A stretch of 34,636 nt of DNA, from positions 1-34,636 of the forward strand of contig CAKZOY010000355.1 in the NCBI GenBank assembly GCA_937138275.1, read 5' to 3'. This DNA comes from an uncultured Chloroflexota bacterium (GTDB taxonomy: Bacteria > Chloroflexota > Anaerolineae > B4-G1 > DUEL01). The translations under genes were made by a program, and so were the position numbers. Under the pieces are notes generated by a model. It made no database searches, was not told the DNA's origin, and saw nothing but the letters and a program-made list of their open reading frames with translations. Below are positions 17,555 through 25,146 of this stretch, piece after piece; the stretch's first letter is position 1, and each line of letters begins with the position of its first letter.

Positions 17555-18477
17555 CGGCCCGCCTCCGCCTGTAATGGCCCCCAGTGTCCCCGCCAGGCGT
17601 CGGCGATGGCGCGAGCCATTGCCCGGCGTTGCTGCCCTTTATGTCGCCAGCGTGGGCGCAAACTCCAGGAGAGGAGCGTGCGGACGTAGTCGGCGGCAGT
17701 GGCGAGCCAGGCCCGCCCGCTGGCCCCGGTCAGTGCCAGGAACAGCAGCCGGTTGCGCGTCATGTAGTAGTGGATGGCGGGCGATTCCGCCTGCGCCTGC
17801 GGGGCAATCCGATGCCAGACCTTCGCCTGCGGAACGTGCAGGATGCGAAACCCTGCCCGCCGGGCCCGCACGCACCACTCCACCTCTTCGTAATAGAGGA
17901 AAAATCGCTCATCCAGCAGCCCAACGCACTCCAGCACGTCCCGCCGTATCAGCATCGCGCACCCGCTGACGAAATCCACCTCTCTGGGAACAGAACCGAA
18001 CTGTCCCTGGTCGGGTTGGTCCAGCCCGACCATGTGCGTATCCCCCCGGCGCCAGTCAATGGCCCCCCCGGCTGTCCAGATGACCTCCGGCCAGTCGGCG
18101 TAGTAGATGGTCGGTCCGGCGATGCCGACGGTCCGGTCCGCGGCGGCGTTGACCAGATGTGTCAGGAAGTCGGGGGCGACCAGGGTGTCGTTGTTCAGGA
18201 GCAGGATGTACGGGAATGGCCGGGCCAGGGCGACTTTCAGTCCCCAATTGTTGCCCCCGGCGTAACCCAGGTTCCTCCCCGTTTCCAGCACTTCGGCCTG
18301 CGGGAATGCCCGCCGGATCGCCTCCGGCGAACCGTCGGTGGAGCCGTTGTCCACCACGATGATGTGGGAGGACGGATATTCCAGGCGCGCCAGGCTATCC
18401 AGGCAGGCCAGTGTATCTTCCCGCCCGTTCCAGTTGAGGACGATGATGGCGACAGAGGGCCAATTGCAGCAGGACAT
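17551..18477 (-). CDS. Family 2 glycosyltransferase
   Basis: VAIIVLNWNGREDTLACLDSL...VVDNGSTDGS...NLGYAGGNN...LLNNDT...YYEEVEWC. Confidence 0.85.
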   Translation of the reverse strand: MSCCNWPSVAIIVLNWNGREDTLACLDSLARLEYPSSHIIVVDNGSTDGSPEAIRRAFPQAEVLETGRNLGYAGGNNWGLKVALARPFPYILLLNNDTLVAPDFLTHLVNAAADRTVGIAGPTIYYADWPEVIWTAGGAIDWRRGDTHMVGLDQPDQGQFGSVPREVDFVSGCAMLIRRDVLECVGLLDERFFLYYEEVEWCVRARRAGFRILHVPQAKVWHRIAPQAQAESPAIHYYMTRNRLLFLALTGASGRAWLATAADYVRTLLSWSLRPRWRHKGQQRRAMARAIADAWRGHWGPLQAEAGR

Positions 18478-18732
18478 CGGCTTGTTACCTTTTTATTTGT
18501 TATCTTGAAAAACGGTCGGCAAGAAAGAATTTCTCTGCGTCCTCTGCGACTCTGCGGTGAGCGGTTACGTTTGCGTACTGCGTCCTTCCGGTGCAGGATC
18601 GCCTGGACGCGGTGAATCAGGGCCATCCGTAGCCCCTGGCCGCGCAGCGAGAGTCCCAGCGCCACCAGCAGGGCCAGGAATAGAAGGACCAGAGCAGATA
18701 GCAAGATAGTGGGTACTGCGTTTCTCATACAC

Positions 18733-19368
18733 TTATCGCTCCCAACGCACGACTCTGCCCGCCGGGCGGGCCGGATTCCCGTAGACCAGCGTGTTGGGCG
18801 GCACATCCCGTCGTACCACCGACCCGGCGCCGATCACCGAGTTGTTCCCAATGGTCACGCCCTTCATAACAATGGAGTACGGGCCGATCCAGACATCGTC
18901 GCCAATCGTGATCGGCGCTTCAATCTCGGCTTCTCCGGTCTCTTCCAGCCACAGGCGGTGGCCGATGGAGTCAAAGATGCTGCAATTCCAGCTAATCATG
19001 CAGCGGTCGCCGATCCGAACCTGGGTGGCGGCCATAATGCGGGTGTAGGGGCCGATGATCGTCCGCGAGCCGATGGAGAGCAGGCCGTTCTTCCCGACGT
19101 CCAGGGAGCAGTGGTGAGCGATGCGGACGCCGCTGCCGGTGATCAGTCGTCCTCCCCGGTGGACAATTTGCACATCCCGTCCCAGGGCGACGATGTGGGG
19201 CGAATCAAACTGGTGTTTTCTCAGGATGCCGCGCAGGATCATCGGCAGAATCCACTTCCGGAAATCGCCCCCGAACTCCCAGAAGCGGTGCCAGTAATAA
19301 CGCAACCTCAGGGTGTCCCCGGTGCCCGTGTCCGAAAAAATTCCGTTCTGCGTCGCGGCCATTCTCAT
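18733..19368 (-). CDS. Hexapeptide-repeat O-acetyltransferase (WcaF/Maa-like)
   Basis: ITIGDDVWIGPYSIVMKGVTIGNNSVIGAGSVVRRDVPPNTLVYGNPARP. ATGA overlap with the upstream GT4 stop. Confidence 0.8.
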   Translation of the reverse strand: MRMAATQNGIFSDTGTGDTLRLRYYWHRFWEFGGDFRKWILPMILRGILRKHQFDSPHIVALGRDVQIVHRGGRLITGSGVRIAHHCSLDVGKNGLLSIGSRTIIGPYTRIMAATQVRIGDRCMISWNCSIFDSIGHRLWLEETGEAEIEAPITIGDDVWIGPYSIVMKGVTIGNNSVIGAGSVVRRDVPPNTLVYGNPARPAGRVVRWER

Positions 19369-20711
19369 CTTCCCTCCAGAATTTGCCGATAGACGGTCAG
19401 GAGTTCCGCCACCTCGTCGCGGATCAGGCGCTCCGGGCGAATTCCCCGCCGCAAGCGAGTGAAGAAGTCAGGTTCGTCCAGGAACTGCCGGATTTGGCGG
19501 GCCAGGTCCCGGTCATCGCCGGGGCGAAAACGAAGACCGTCCTGTGGATCCCGGACCATTTCGGCCATCCCCCCCAGGTCTGATGCGATGACCGGCACTC
19601 CCGCTGCGTGGGCCTCCAGGATGGTGAGCGGCGCGTTCTCGTACCAGAGGGAAGGCACCACCAGCACGTCCAGATCGGCCAGGACGGCGGGAATATGTCG
19701 GTTTTCCACCTGTCCCTCAAACCGAATGTGGGGATGTCCGCCCGCCAACCGTCGGAGATGTTGGGCATACTGAGGGAACCGGGTGGTATCCCCATAGATA
19801 CGCAGTTCCCAGGGTCCATCTGCATTTTCCAGTTGACGGACCGCCTTTAGCAGGACATGTACGCCTTTGTGGGGGGCGATCTGGCCGATGTACCCGATGC
19901 GCAAGCGACCGTTCGGGGAGTCCAATCGGGCGGGAGGTTGGGCCCACATATCATCCAGACCATAGCGGGAATAATAGAGCAGGTCCGGCACTACACCGCC
20001 CCGCTGGATAAATATGCGCTCCAGGAAACGGGAGGGGACGATCAGCAAGTCCATCGCGTGCAGGACCTCTGCCAACCGCTGCCGCCGTTCGTGCATCGTT
20101 TCCACCCGCGCCGACCATCCAGTGAGGTGGCCCGGAATAGAAGGCCGCAGCAAGTTCTGGGCCAGTCTTCCCACCAGGCCGCGGGACACCCGATCGGGTA
20201 GCCGGTAGCGGCGCTTTTCGGTCAGCAGGCACCAGGCACACTCGGCGGGGTCGTCTGGCACTTCGCAGAGCGTGCCGTCGGGCCGCTGCAGGTGGATGCG
20301 CGGGCAGAGAAACCAGAAGTCGTGCAGGGTCAGAATGACGGGGAGCCCCGCCGCCTGTGCCGCCCTGGCCACGCTGCCAGTCAGCAGATAGCCGCCCTGA
20401 AGATGGACCAGGTCGGGGCGGTGTTCCTCCAGGAAACGGCCGAACCACTCTCCCAGTTGAGGGTTCCAGAATTCCCAGCGCCGCGGGTCGGGGGCCAGGG
20501 CCAGGTTGAAGAGGAGCCGATGGACGGGAATCCCTTCGTATTCTTCGGAGACGCATTGGGGCTCCAGTGTGCCCTCGGAAACGGATTCCACGCATATCAC
20601 ATCCACCCGATGGCCCAGTTGCTGGAGATGGCGGGCCAGACGGTAGGTATACAATTCCGCTCCAGCCACATACCGGGGCGGGAAATGGTGGACGGGCAGG
20701 ACGATGTGCAT
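19365..20711 (-). CDS. GT4 (GT-B fold) glycosyltransferase
   Basis: MHIVLPVHHFPPRYVAGAELYTYRLARHL...; C-terminal YENAPLTILEAHAAGVPVIASDLGGMAEMV. Confidence 0.85.
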   Translation of the reverse strand: MHIVLPVHHFPPRYVAGAELYTYRLARHLQQLGHRVDVICVESVSEGTLEPQCVSEEYEGIPVHRLLFNLALAPDPRRWEFWNPQLGEWFGRFLEEHRPDLVHLQGGYLLTGSVARAAQAAGLPVILTLHDFWFLCPRIHLQRPDGTLCEVPDDPAECAWCLLTEKRRYRLPDRVSRGLVGRLAQNLLRPSIPGHLTGWSARVETMHERRQRLAEVLHAMDLLIVPSRFLERIFIQRGGVVPDLLYYSRYGLDDMWAQPPARLDSPNGRLRIGYIGQIAPHKGVHVLLKAVRQLENADGPWELRIYGDTTRFPQYAQHLRRLAGGHPHIRFEGQVENRHIPAVLADLDVLVVPSLWYENAPLTILEAHAAGVPVIASDLGGMAEMVRDPQDGLRFRPGDDRDLARQIRQFLDEPDFFTRLRRGIRPERLIRDEVAELLTVYRQILEGR

Positions 20712-22159
20712 CAGGAGACCTCCTGTGTTTTCGCGCGCTGGCGCACCAGGTCGCCCAGCAGGAGAATTTCCTGGCGGCCCAGCGAGCCGAACGCCGCCAG
20801 CAGGATCAGGTAGACCGCTGCTCCCAGCGCGACGACGAGGAAAAAGTTGGCCCCGCGGGCCAGGAACACGACGGCCCCCATCAGCCCCGCCGCGATACCG
20901 GGCTTTACCAGAACGGTCACTGTATCAACAGAGGCCAGTTCCCGACGCAGAAGCCAGAGGTACTGGCCGGCCAGAATCATTTCGGTGAGGACGGTGATAA
21001 CCGAGGCAGCCAGGAACCCCCAGCGGGGAATAAAGACCAGGTTGAGGCTCACGTTGAACGCTGTACTGACGAGGAGCGCCCGGGCTACTTTTTTCTCCTG
21101 GTCGTGGATCACGGTGATGTTTCCCAGCATTTCCGTCAGGAACATCAGCGGCAGCACCCAGATCAGGATGCGCAGAGCAAGGGCCGACGCCGCAAACTGG
21201 TCGGTGTAGAGCAGGTGCACCAGCGGTTCGGCCAGGACCGTCGCCCCCGCCGCGACCGGAAGGGCGATGAGGAGCAGGTATTTCAGCGCCTGCGTGTAGA
21301 GGGTGGGCATCCCCTGCGGGTTGACCGAATGCTGGCGGCACAGGGCCGGGTATAGGGCCAGATTGACGGAGTTGGAGACCATCGTCAGCAAAAAGATCAG
21401 GTTATAGGCGGCGCTATACCATCCGGTGACCGCGTCGCCGTGGAAGTACTGGAGGAGGACCGTATCCACTTTGTACGAGAGGCCCAGGGAAAAGCCGATA
21501 ACGCCGAAGGGGAGCGCGGCCTTTAGCAGCGCGGGCCACAGTTGTGGTTGCGGGTGCCAGGACACTCCGCTTGTGCTGCGAAGGAACCGCCACCCGATGG
21601 CCGTAGATATGCCCAGGCTGACCAGCGAAACGACCAGCAGTCCGATGAATCCCAGCCCGCCGAAGAGGACCAGAGTCCCTAATACGACGAATCCCATCTG
21701 GTTCAGGACGTTCATCGCCGATAGGAGGTCCAGCCGTTCGCGGGCGATCAGGAAACTCTCTATCGGGCCTCTCACCGCGTAGAGGAACAGCCCACAACCC
21801 CCGATAGCCGCGCCCAGGACCAGTTCCGGCAACCGCTTCAGCGCCAGTGCCGACCCGACGATGACAGCCAGTGTGCCGGTCGAAAGGATCAGGCGCAGGA
21901 GAACCCCGTTGGCGAACAGCATCGGTGCCCGTTCGGGCCTCTTGGCGACCTCACGCACGATATAGGGGGCCAGCCCCAGGTCGGAGAGGATGGCGAATAT
22001 CCCCACGTAGGCCAGCGCGGTGGCGTAGAGGCCGTAACTGGCATCCCCCAGACGGCGGACGATAAATATAGAGAAGGCCACGGATAAAACTTTGACCGTG
22101 ACCTGACCGGTCAGGCTGAACAGCGAATTTCTGGCAACGACAGCGGATATGCGCTTCAT
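20711..22159 (-). CDS. wzx: Oligosaccharide/polysaccharide flippase (MOP superfamily, Wzx-like)
   Basis: MKRISAVVARNSLFSLTGQVTVKVLSVAFSIFIVRRLGDASYGLYA..., about 12-14 TM segments. Start 22159 has an ATGA overlap. The track extension to 22291 is rejected. Confidence 0.8.
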   Translation of the reverse strand: MKRISAVVARNSLFSLTGQVTVKVLSVAFSIFIVRRLGDASYGLYATALAYVGIFAILSDLGLAPYIVREVAKRPERAPMLFANGVLLRLILSTGTLAVIVGSALALKRLPELVLGAAIGGCGLFLYAVRGPIESFLIARERLDLLSAMNVLNQMGFVVLGTLVLFGGLGFIGLLVVSLVSLGISTAIGWRFLRSTSGVSWHPQPQLWPALLKAALPFGVIGFSLGLSYKVDTVLLQYFHGDAVTGWYSAAYNLIFLLTMVSNSVNLALYPALCRQHSVNPQGMPTLYTQALKYLLLIALPVAAGATVLAEPLVHLLYTDQFAASALALRILIWVLPLMFLTEMLGNITVIHDQEKKVARALLVSTAFNVSLNLVFIPRWGFLAASVITVLTEMILAGQYLWLLRRELASVDTVTVLVKPGIAAGLMGAVVFLARGANFFLVVALGAAVYLILLAAFGSLGRQEILLLGDLVRQRAKTQEVS

Positions 22160-23961
22160 ACGGGAATGGTCTCTTGTGCTCTGGCAGCCATCTGGGTAGC
22201 CAGTGATTGGGCAATCAGTTGCTCCACATCTTCCGGGCGGATGCGCCACCAGAACCCCACCCGCCTGGCAGGCAGTTTCCCTGTCTGGCACCAGTGGCGG
22301 ACTGTCTCTTTGCTGACCCCCAGGCGGTCTGCCGCTTCGGCCATCGTGAGGAACTTCCGCTCCTTCCGATGGCGGGGGCGTTTCTTATCTTTGCCGTAAT
22401 AAGCGTAACCGTAACTATAACCGTAGGAAGAGGATTGGACCCGATTGAAGACCACTCCCAACAGGTTGACTCCCTCCTGCCCCATCAGCCGGTCCCGTGC
22501 CTTGCGGGCGGCGGTGTGGCTGGTGATGCCGTCGTCCACGACCAGAAGAGTGGCGTCGGCCATACTGGCCATCAGGGCAGCCTCGGGCGGGCCCAATACC
22601 GGAGGGCTGTCCAGCAGGATGACATCGGCATAGCGCTTGAGTTCGTCCAGCATGGTCCGGAAACGCCGGGAACTGACCAGCAGCGCCGGTTCCACCGAGG
22701 TCCGCCCGGCGGGAAGAAGCCACAGACGTTCTATCCCTGTGGACCGAAGTGCAATGGAGGGTTGCAGGTCTTCCTGCGAACCGTTCAACAGGTCGGCCAT
22801 CCCTACCACGTTGGGCTGCTCAAAGAACTCGTGCAGAGACGGTCGGCGCAGGTCCACATCCGCCACGATCACGCGGTACCCGGCCTCGGTCAGCGCCATC
22901 GCCAGATGGGCCAAGACGAAGCTCTTTCCCTCCTGTGCGCCCGGGCTGGTGACCAGAAGCGTTCGGGGAGCCCGGTTGGGGTGGGCGAAGAAAATCTGCG
23001 TCTGGATACCGTGGACGCTCTCCGATAGGATGGGAATACTGGCGTGGTGAACCGGGCCTCCGTTCCGCTGCCGCTGAGTGATTTGGGGGATGGCTCCCAG
23101 GATGGGCAGGCCCAGGCTGGCCTGGACGGTGTCGTTTTCCCACCGGATGGAAGTGTCCAGATAATCCATCAGAATCAGCGCCGCGATGGCCAGCCCCAGG
23201 CCAGCAACCCCGGCCACGGCGATGATGAGCCAGGTCTTGCGGGGGAGAGGGGTAGAGGGTTGCGACGCCGAATCAAACAATGAGAGCAGGTTCGGTGACT
23301 CCGGGTTGTAGACCTGCAAAAAATCGGCGTAACGGGCCTGGTAGGTGGTCTTCACCGTTTCCAGAGCCGCGATCCGGTCCTGGATTTCCTTGATCTCGGC
23401 CGCGGAGGTTAGAGTAGCCATCTGAGCGGTTAAACGGTCAATCTCCTGGTCTACTTCCTCTATCTTGGCGCGCAAACTGGCCATCTGGTTGCGGATGAAC
23501 GTCTGTTGTTCCGGGTCGCTGGCACCAGAAGCAGGACTACGGCGGATCAATTCGTCGGCCAGGGTGTTGGCGATCAGCGCGGCCGCCCGCGGGTCCGTGT
23601 CCACCACCCGAATCTCCAGAAGTTGTGCCCCGGAATAAATGCGGGTCTCTATTTGAACGGCCAGTTGCTCCGGCGTGCGGGGCAGGCCCAACCGCTCAAT
23701 GACTGCCTCCAGCACTGGCCGTTGTTTCGCCAGTTCGGCATATGCGCCAGCCAGGGTGGTGCTCAGGTTCATTTGCCACGGGTCGGGATTGAGGGTTTGC
23801 AGGCTGGTGCCCACCATCAGCGTCGCCCGGGCCTGGTACAGGGGGGGCTGCCGGGCGGTCAACTGGTAACTGACCAGCATCGGGACCAGCGTGCTCACCA
23901 CGAGCAACCACCACCATCGCCCGATCAGCCGGATATAGCGTTGCAGGATCTGTTCATTCAT
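22156..23961 (-). CDS. Wzz-type chain-length determinant fused to BY-kinase (CpsD/Etk-like P-loop) with Tyr cluster and an additional C-terminal excisionase-type HTH
   Basis: TM1 RWWWLLVVSTLVPMLV, coiled-coil region, TM2 WLIIAVAGVAGLGLAIAALIL. Walker A SPGAQEGKS, Walker A-prime VIVADVDLRRP, Walker B ILLDSPP. Tyr cluster SSSYGYSYGYAYYG. Then KKRPRHRKERK and FLTMAEAADRLGVSKETVRHWCQTGKLPARRVGFWWRIRPEDVEQLI. ATG 23961 (MNEQIL) is preferred; the alternative is ATG 23997. Confidence 0.85.
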   Translation of the reverse strand: MNEQILQRYIRLIGRWWWLLVVSTLVPMLVSYQLTARQPPLYQARATLMVGTSLQTLNPDPWQMNLSTTLAGAYAELAKQRPVLEAVIERLGLPRTPEQLAVQIETRIYSGAQLLEIRVVDTDPRAAALIANTLADELIRRSPASGASDPEQQTFIRNQMASLRAKIEEVDQEIDRLTAQMATLTSAAEIKEIQDRIAALETVKTTYQARYADFLQVYNPESPNLLSLFDSASQPSTPLPRKTWLIIAVAGVAGLGLAIAALILMDYLDTSIRWENDTVQASLGLPILGAIPQITQRQRNGGPVHHASIPILSESVHGIQTQIFFAHPNRAPRTLLVTSPGAQEGKSFVLAHLAMALTEAGYRVIVADVDLRRPSLHEFFEQPNVVGMADLLNGSQEDLQPSIALRSTGIERLWLLPAGRTSVEPALLVSSRRFRTMLDELKRYADVILLDSPPVLGPPEAALMASMADATLLVVDDGITSHTAARKARDRLMGQEGVNLLGVVFNRVQSSSYGYSYGYAYYGKDKKRPRHRKERKFLTMAEAADRLGVSKETVRHWCQTGKLPARRVGFWWRIRPEDVEQLIAQSLATQMAARAQETIPV

Positions 23962-24673
23962 CTCGTTGTCCCCCCGATGCGCCACCGTTTGCGACAAAGT
24001 AGTACCCTACTCGCCAGCGGGTGCGGATGTACCGAGGATTGGCGGGATCATCCTCAATTTTCTGCCGCAGGTATCGGATGTAGACACTCAGGTATCCCGT
24101 CTCGTCGGCGTAGGCGGGCCCCCAAACGCAGGCCAGCAACTCTTTGTGGGGGATAACCCGTCCCTCGTGACTGGCAAGGTAGAGCAACAGACGGGATTCG
24201 GTTGGGGTGAGAGGGACCGGTTCCCCATTTCGGGTGACCGTCCCCTCGGAGAAATCTATGTACAGATTCCCGTCGTCGTAGACATTCTGGCGCACCTTGC
24301 CGGATGTCCCCGCGGCCCGACGTAACAAAGCGCGGATACGGGCTTTCAGTTCCTCAAAGGTGCAGGGCTTCATAACGTAGTCGTCAGCGCCAATGGAGAG
24401 CCCTCGGATGACCCCGTCCCGCTCATCTACCGCGGTCAGGATAAGGATCGGTGTATCGCAGATGTACCGCAGCCGCTGACAGACCTCCCAGCCGTCCATC
24501 CCCGGCATGAGGATATCCAGGAGAATCACGTCGGGGCGGTTCTCGTAGGCCTGTCGCAGTCCTTCCTGCCCTCCCAGGGCGGTAATGACCTCGTACCCTT
24601 CTCGTTCCAGCCCCATCCGCAAAAGGGTGAGTAACCCGGGATCATCATCAATGATCAGGACCTTTTCGTTCAT
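23954..24673 (-). CDS. OmpR/PhoB-family response regulator (receiver plus winged helix)
   Basis: VLIIDDDPGLL...DVILLDILMPGMDG...ILTA...GADDYVMKP, and C-terminal LTPTESRLLLYL...YIRYLRQKIE...IRTRWRVGY. Confidence 0.9.
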   Translation of the reverse strand: MNEKVLIIDDDPGLLTLLRMGLEREGYEVITALGGQEGLRQAYENRPDVILLDILMPGMDGWEVCQRLRYICDTPILILTAVDERDGVIRGLSIGADDYVMKPCTFEELKARIRALLRRAAGTSGKVRQNVYDDGNLYIDFSEGTVTRNGEPVPLTPTESRLLLYLASHEGRVIPHKELLACVWGPAYADETGYLSVYIRYLRQKIEDDPANPRYIRTRWRVGYYFVANGGASGGQRDE

Positions 24674-24705
24674 TCTTCACCCCCCTTTTGTCTCTCCAAT
24701 GTGTT

Positions 24706-24714
24706 ATATTAGCA
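24706..24714 (-). promoter_or_regulatory. Possible extended -10 element (TGCTAATAT) for the response-regulator-led operon
   Basis: On the minus strand, TGC-TAATAT lies about 33 nt upstream of ATG 24673 in an AT-richer stretch. No convincing -35. Confidence 0.3.
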
Positions 24715-24794
24715 GGGACTCGTATGGGATAGGTGAAGAAAAGGTAAAGATGGGATAAAAATTGAGCCCATAGAAAAGAACGGGTAGTCACGTT

Positions 24795-24877
24795 GTAGGG
24801 GCGGACGGTCCGTCCGCCCTCCATGGGGAGGGGGTAAGGGGGAGGGGCAAATGAAACTACCTATCGGAGTGACCGCC
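24795..24877. repeat. Dispersed intergenic repeat, copy B (inverted relative to 4266..4373)
   Basis: gtaggggcggacggtccgtccgccctccatggggagggggtaagggggaggggcaaatgaaactacctatcggagtgaccgcc is the reverse complement of copy A, minus the 31-nt insert and a few mismatches/indels. Confidence 0.8.
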
Positions 24878-24884
24878 AAAAGAA

Positions 24885-25027
24885 CGGGCTTGTGCAGTAA
24901 ATCGTTTTGAGGGAACGGCGCGCCCGTGAAAAGAGGGAAAGGGGGGTTTGTGGGGGCGGCGGAGCCGCCCCCACAAACCCCACACCCCACCCTTTTCCCA
25001 GGCGGGGCGAATTGCTGCACAAGCCCG
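24885..25027. mobile_element. 143-bp MITE-like non-autonomous element (13-bp perfect terminal inverted repeats, AGAA flanks)
   Basis: cgggcttgtgcag at 24885-24897 and ctgcacaagcccg at 25015-25027 are perfect reverse complements. agaa lies immediately outside both ends (24881-24884 and 25028-25031). The interior folds as a long hairpin (ggggtttgtgggggcggc gga gccgcccccacaaacccc). No coding capacity. Confidence 0.6.
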
Positions 25028-25041
25028 AGAACGCCGCGTTT

Positions 25042-25070
25042 TTGACGTTTGCGTTTCCTTGTGGTATAAT
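25042..25070 (+). promoter_or_regulatory. Near-consensus sigma70-type promoter of the arsR-ATPase operon
   Basis: TTGACG (25042-25047), 17-nt spacer, TATAAT (25065-25070). Confidence 0.7.
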
Positions 25071-25078
25071 TTGAGCAG

Positions 25079-25107
25079 TTATTCAATTGAACACTTATTC
25101 AAATGTG
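25079..25107 (+). promoter_or_regulatory. ArsR/SmtB-type operator (12-2-12-like imperfect inverted repeat)
   Basis: TGAACA-CT-TATTCA core at 25088-25101, just downstream of the -10. Half sites ttcaattgaaca / tattcaaatgtg match 8 of 12 as an inverted repeat. Flanked by direct repeats TTATTCAA at 25079-25086 and 25095-25102. Confidence 0.6.
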
Positions 25108-25146
25108 GGTCGTTCCCTGCGGGATGGAGCGATCCGGAGGTGCGTG

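Noticed and set aside
18237-18806. 189-aa minus-strand ORF from the track
   Set aside because: Its first part overlaps the acetyltransferase gene and its last 241 nt overlap the GT2 gene out of frame. Only the internal ATG-18728 TM-helix segment is kept as a low-confidence observation.
24709-25086. 125-aa minus-strand ORF and the 24948..25379 plus-strand ORF in the divergent region
   Set aside because: They span the dispersed repeat, the MITE-like element and the arsR promoter/operator. Composition is repeat-derived.
25087-25146. TTG start at 25087 for the ArsR-family gene
   Set aside because: It lies inside the predicted operator, only about 10 nt from the likely transcription start, and has no RBS. 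GTG 25147 follows GGAGG by 6 nt.
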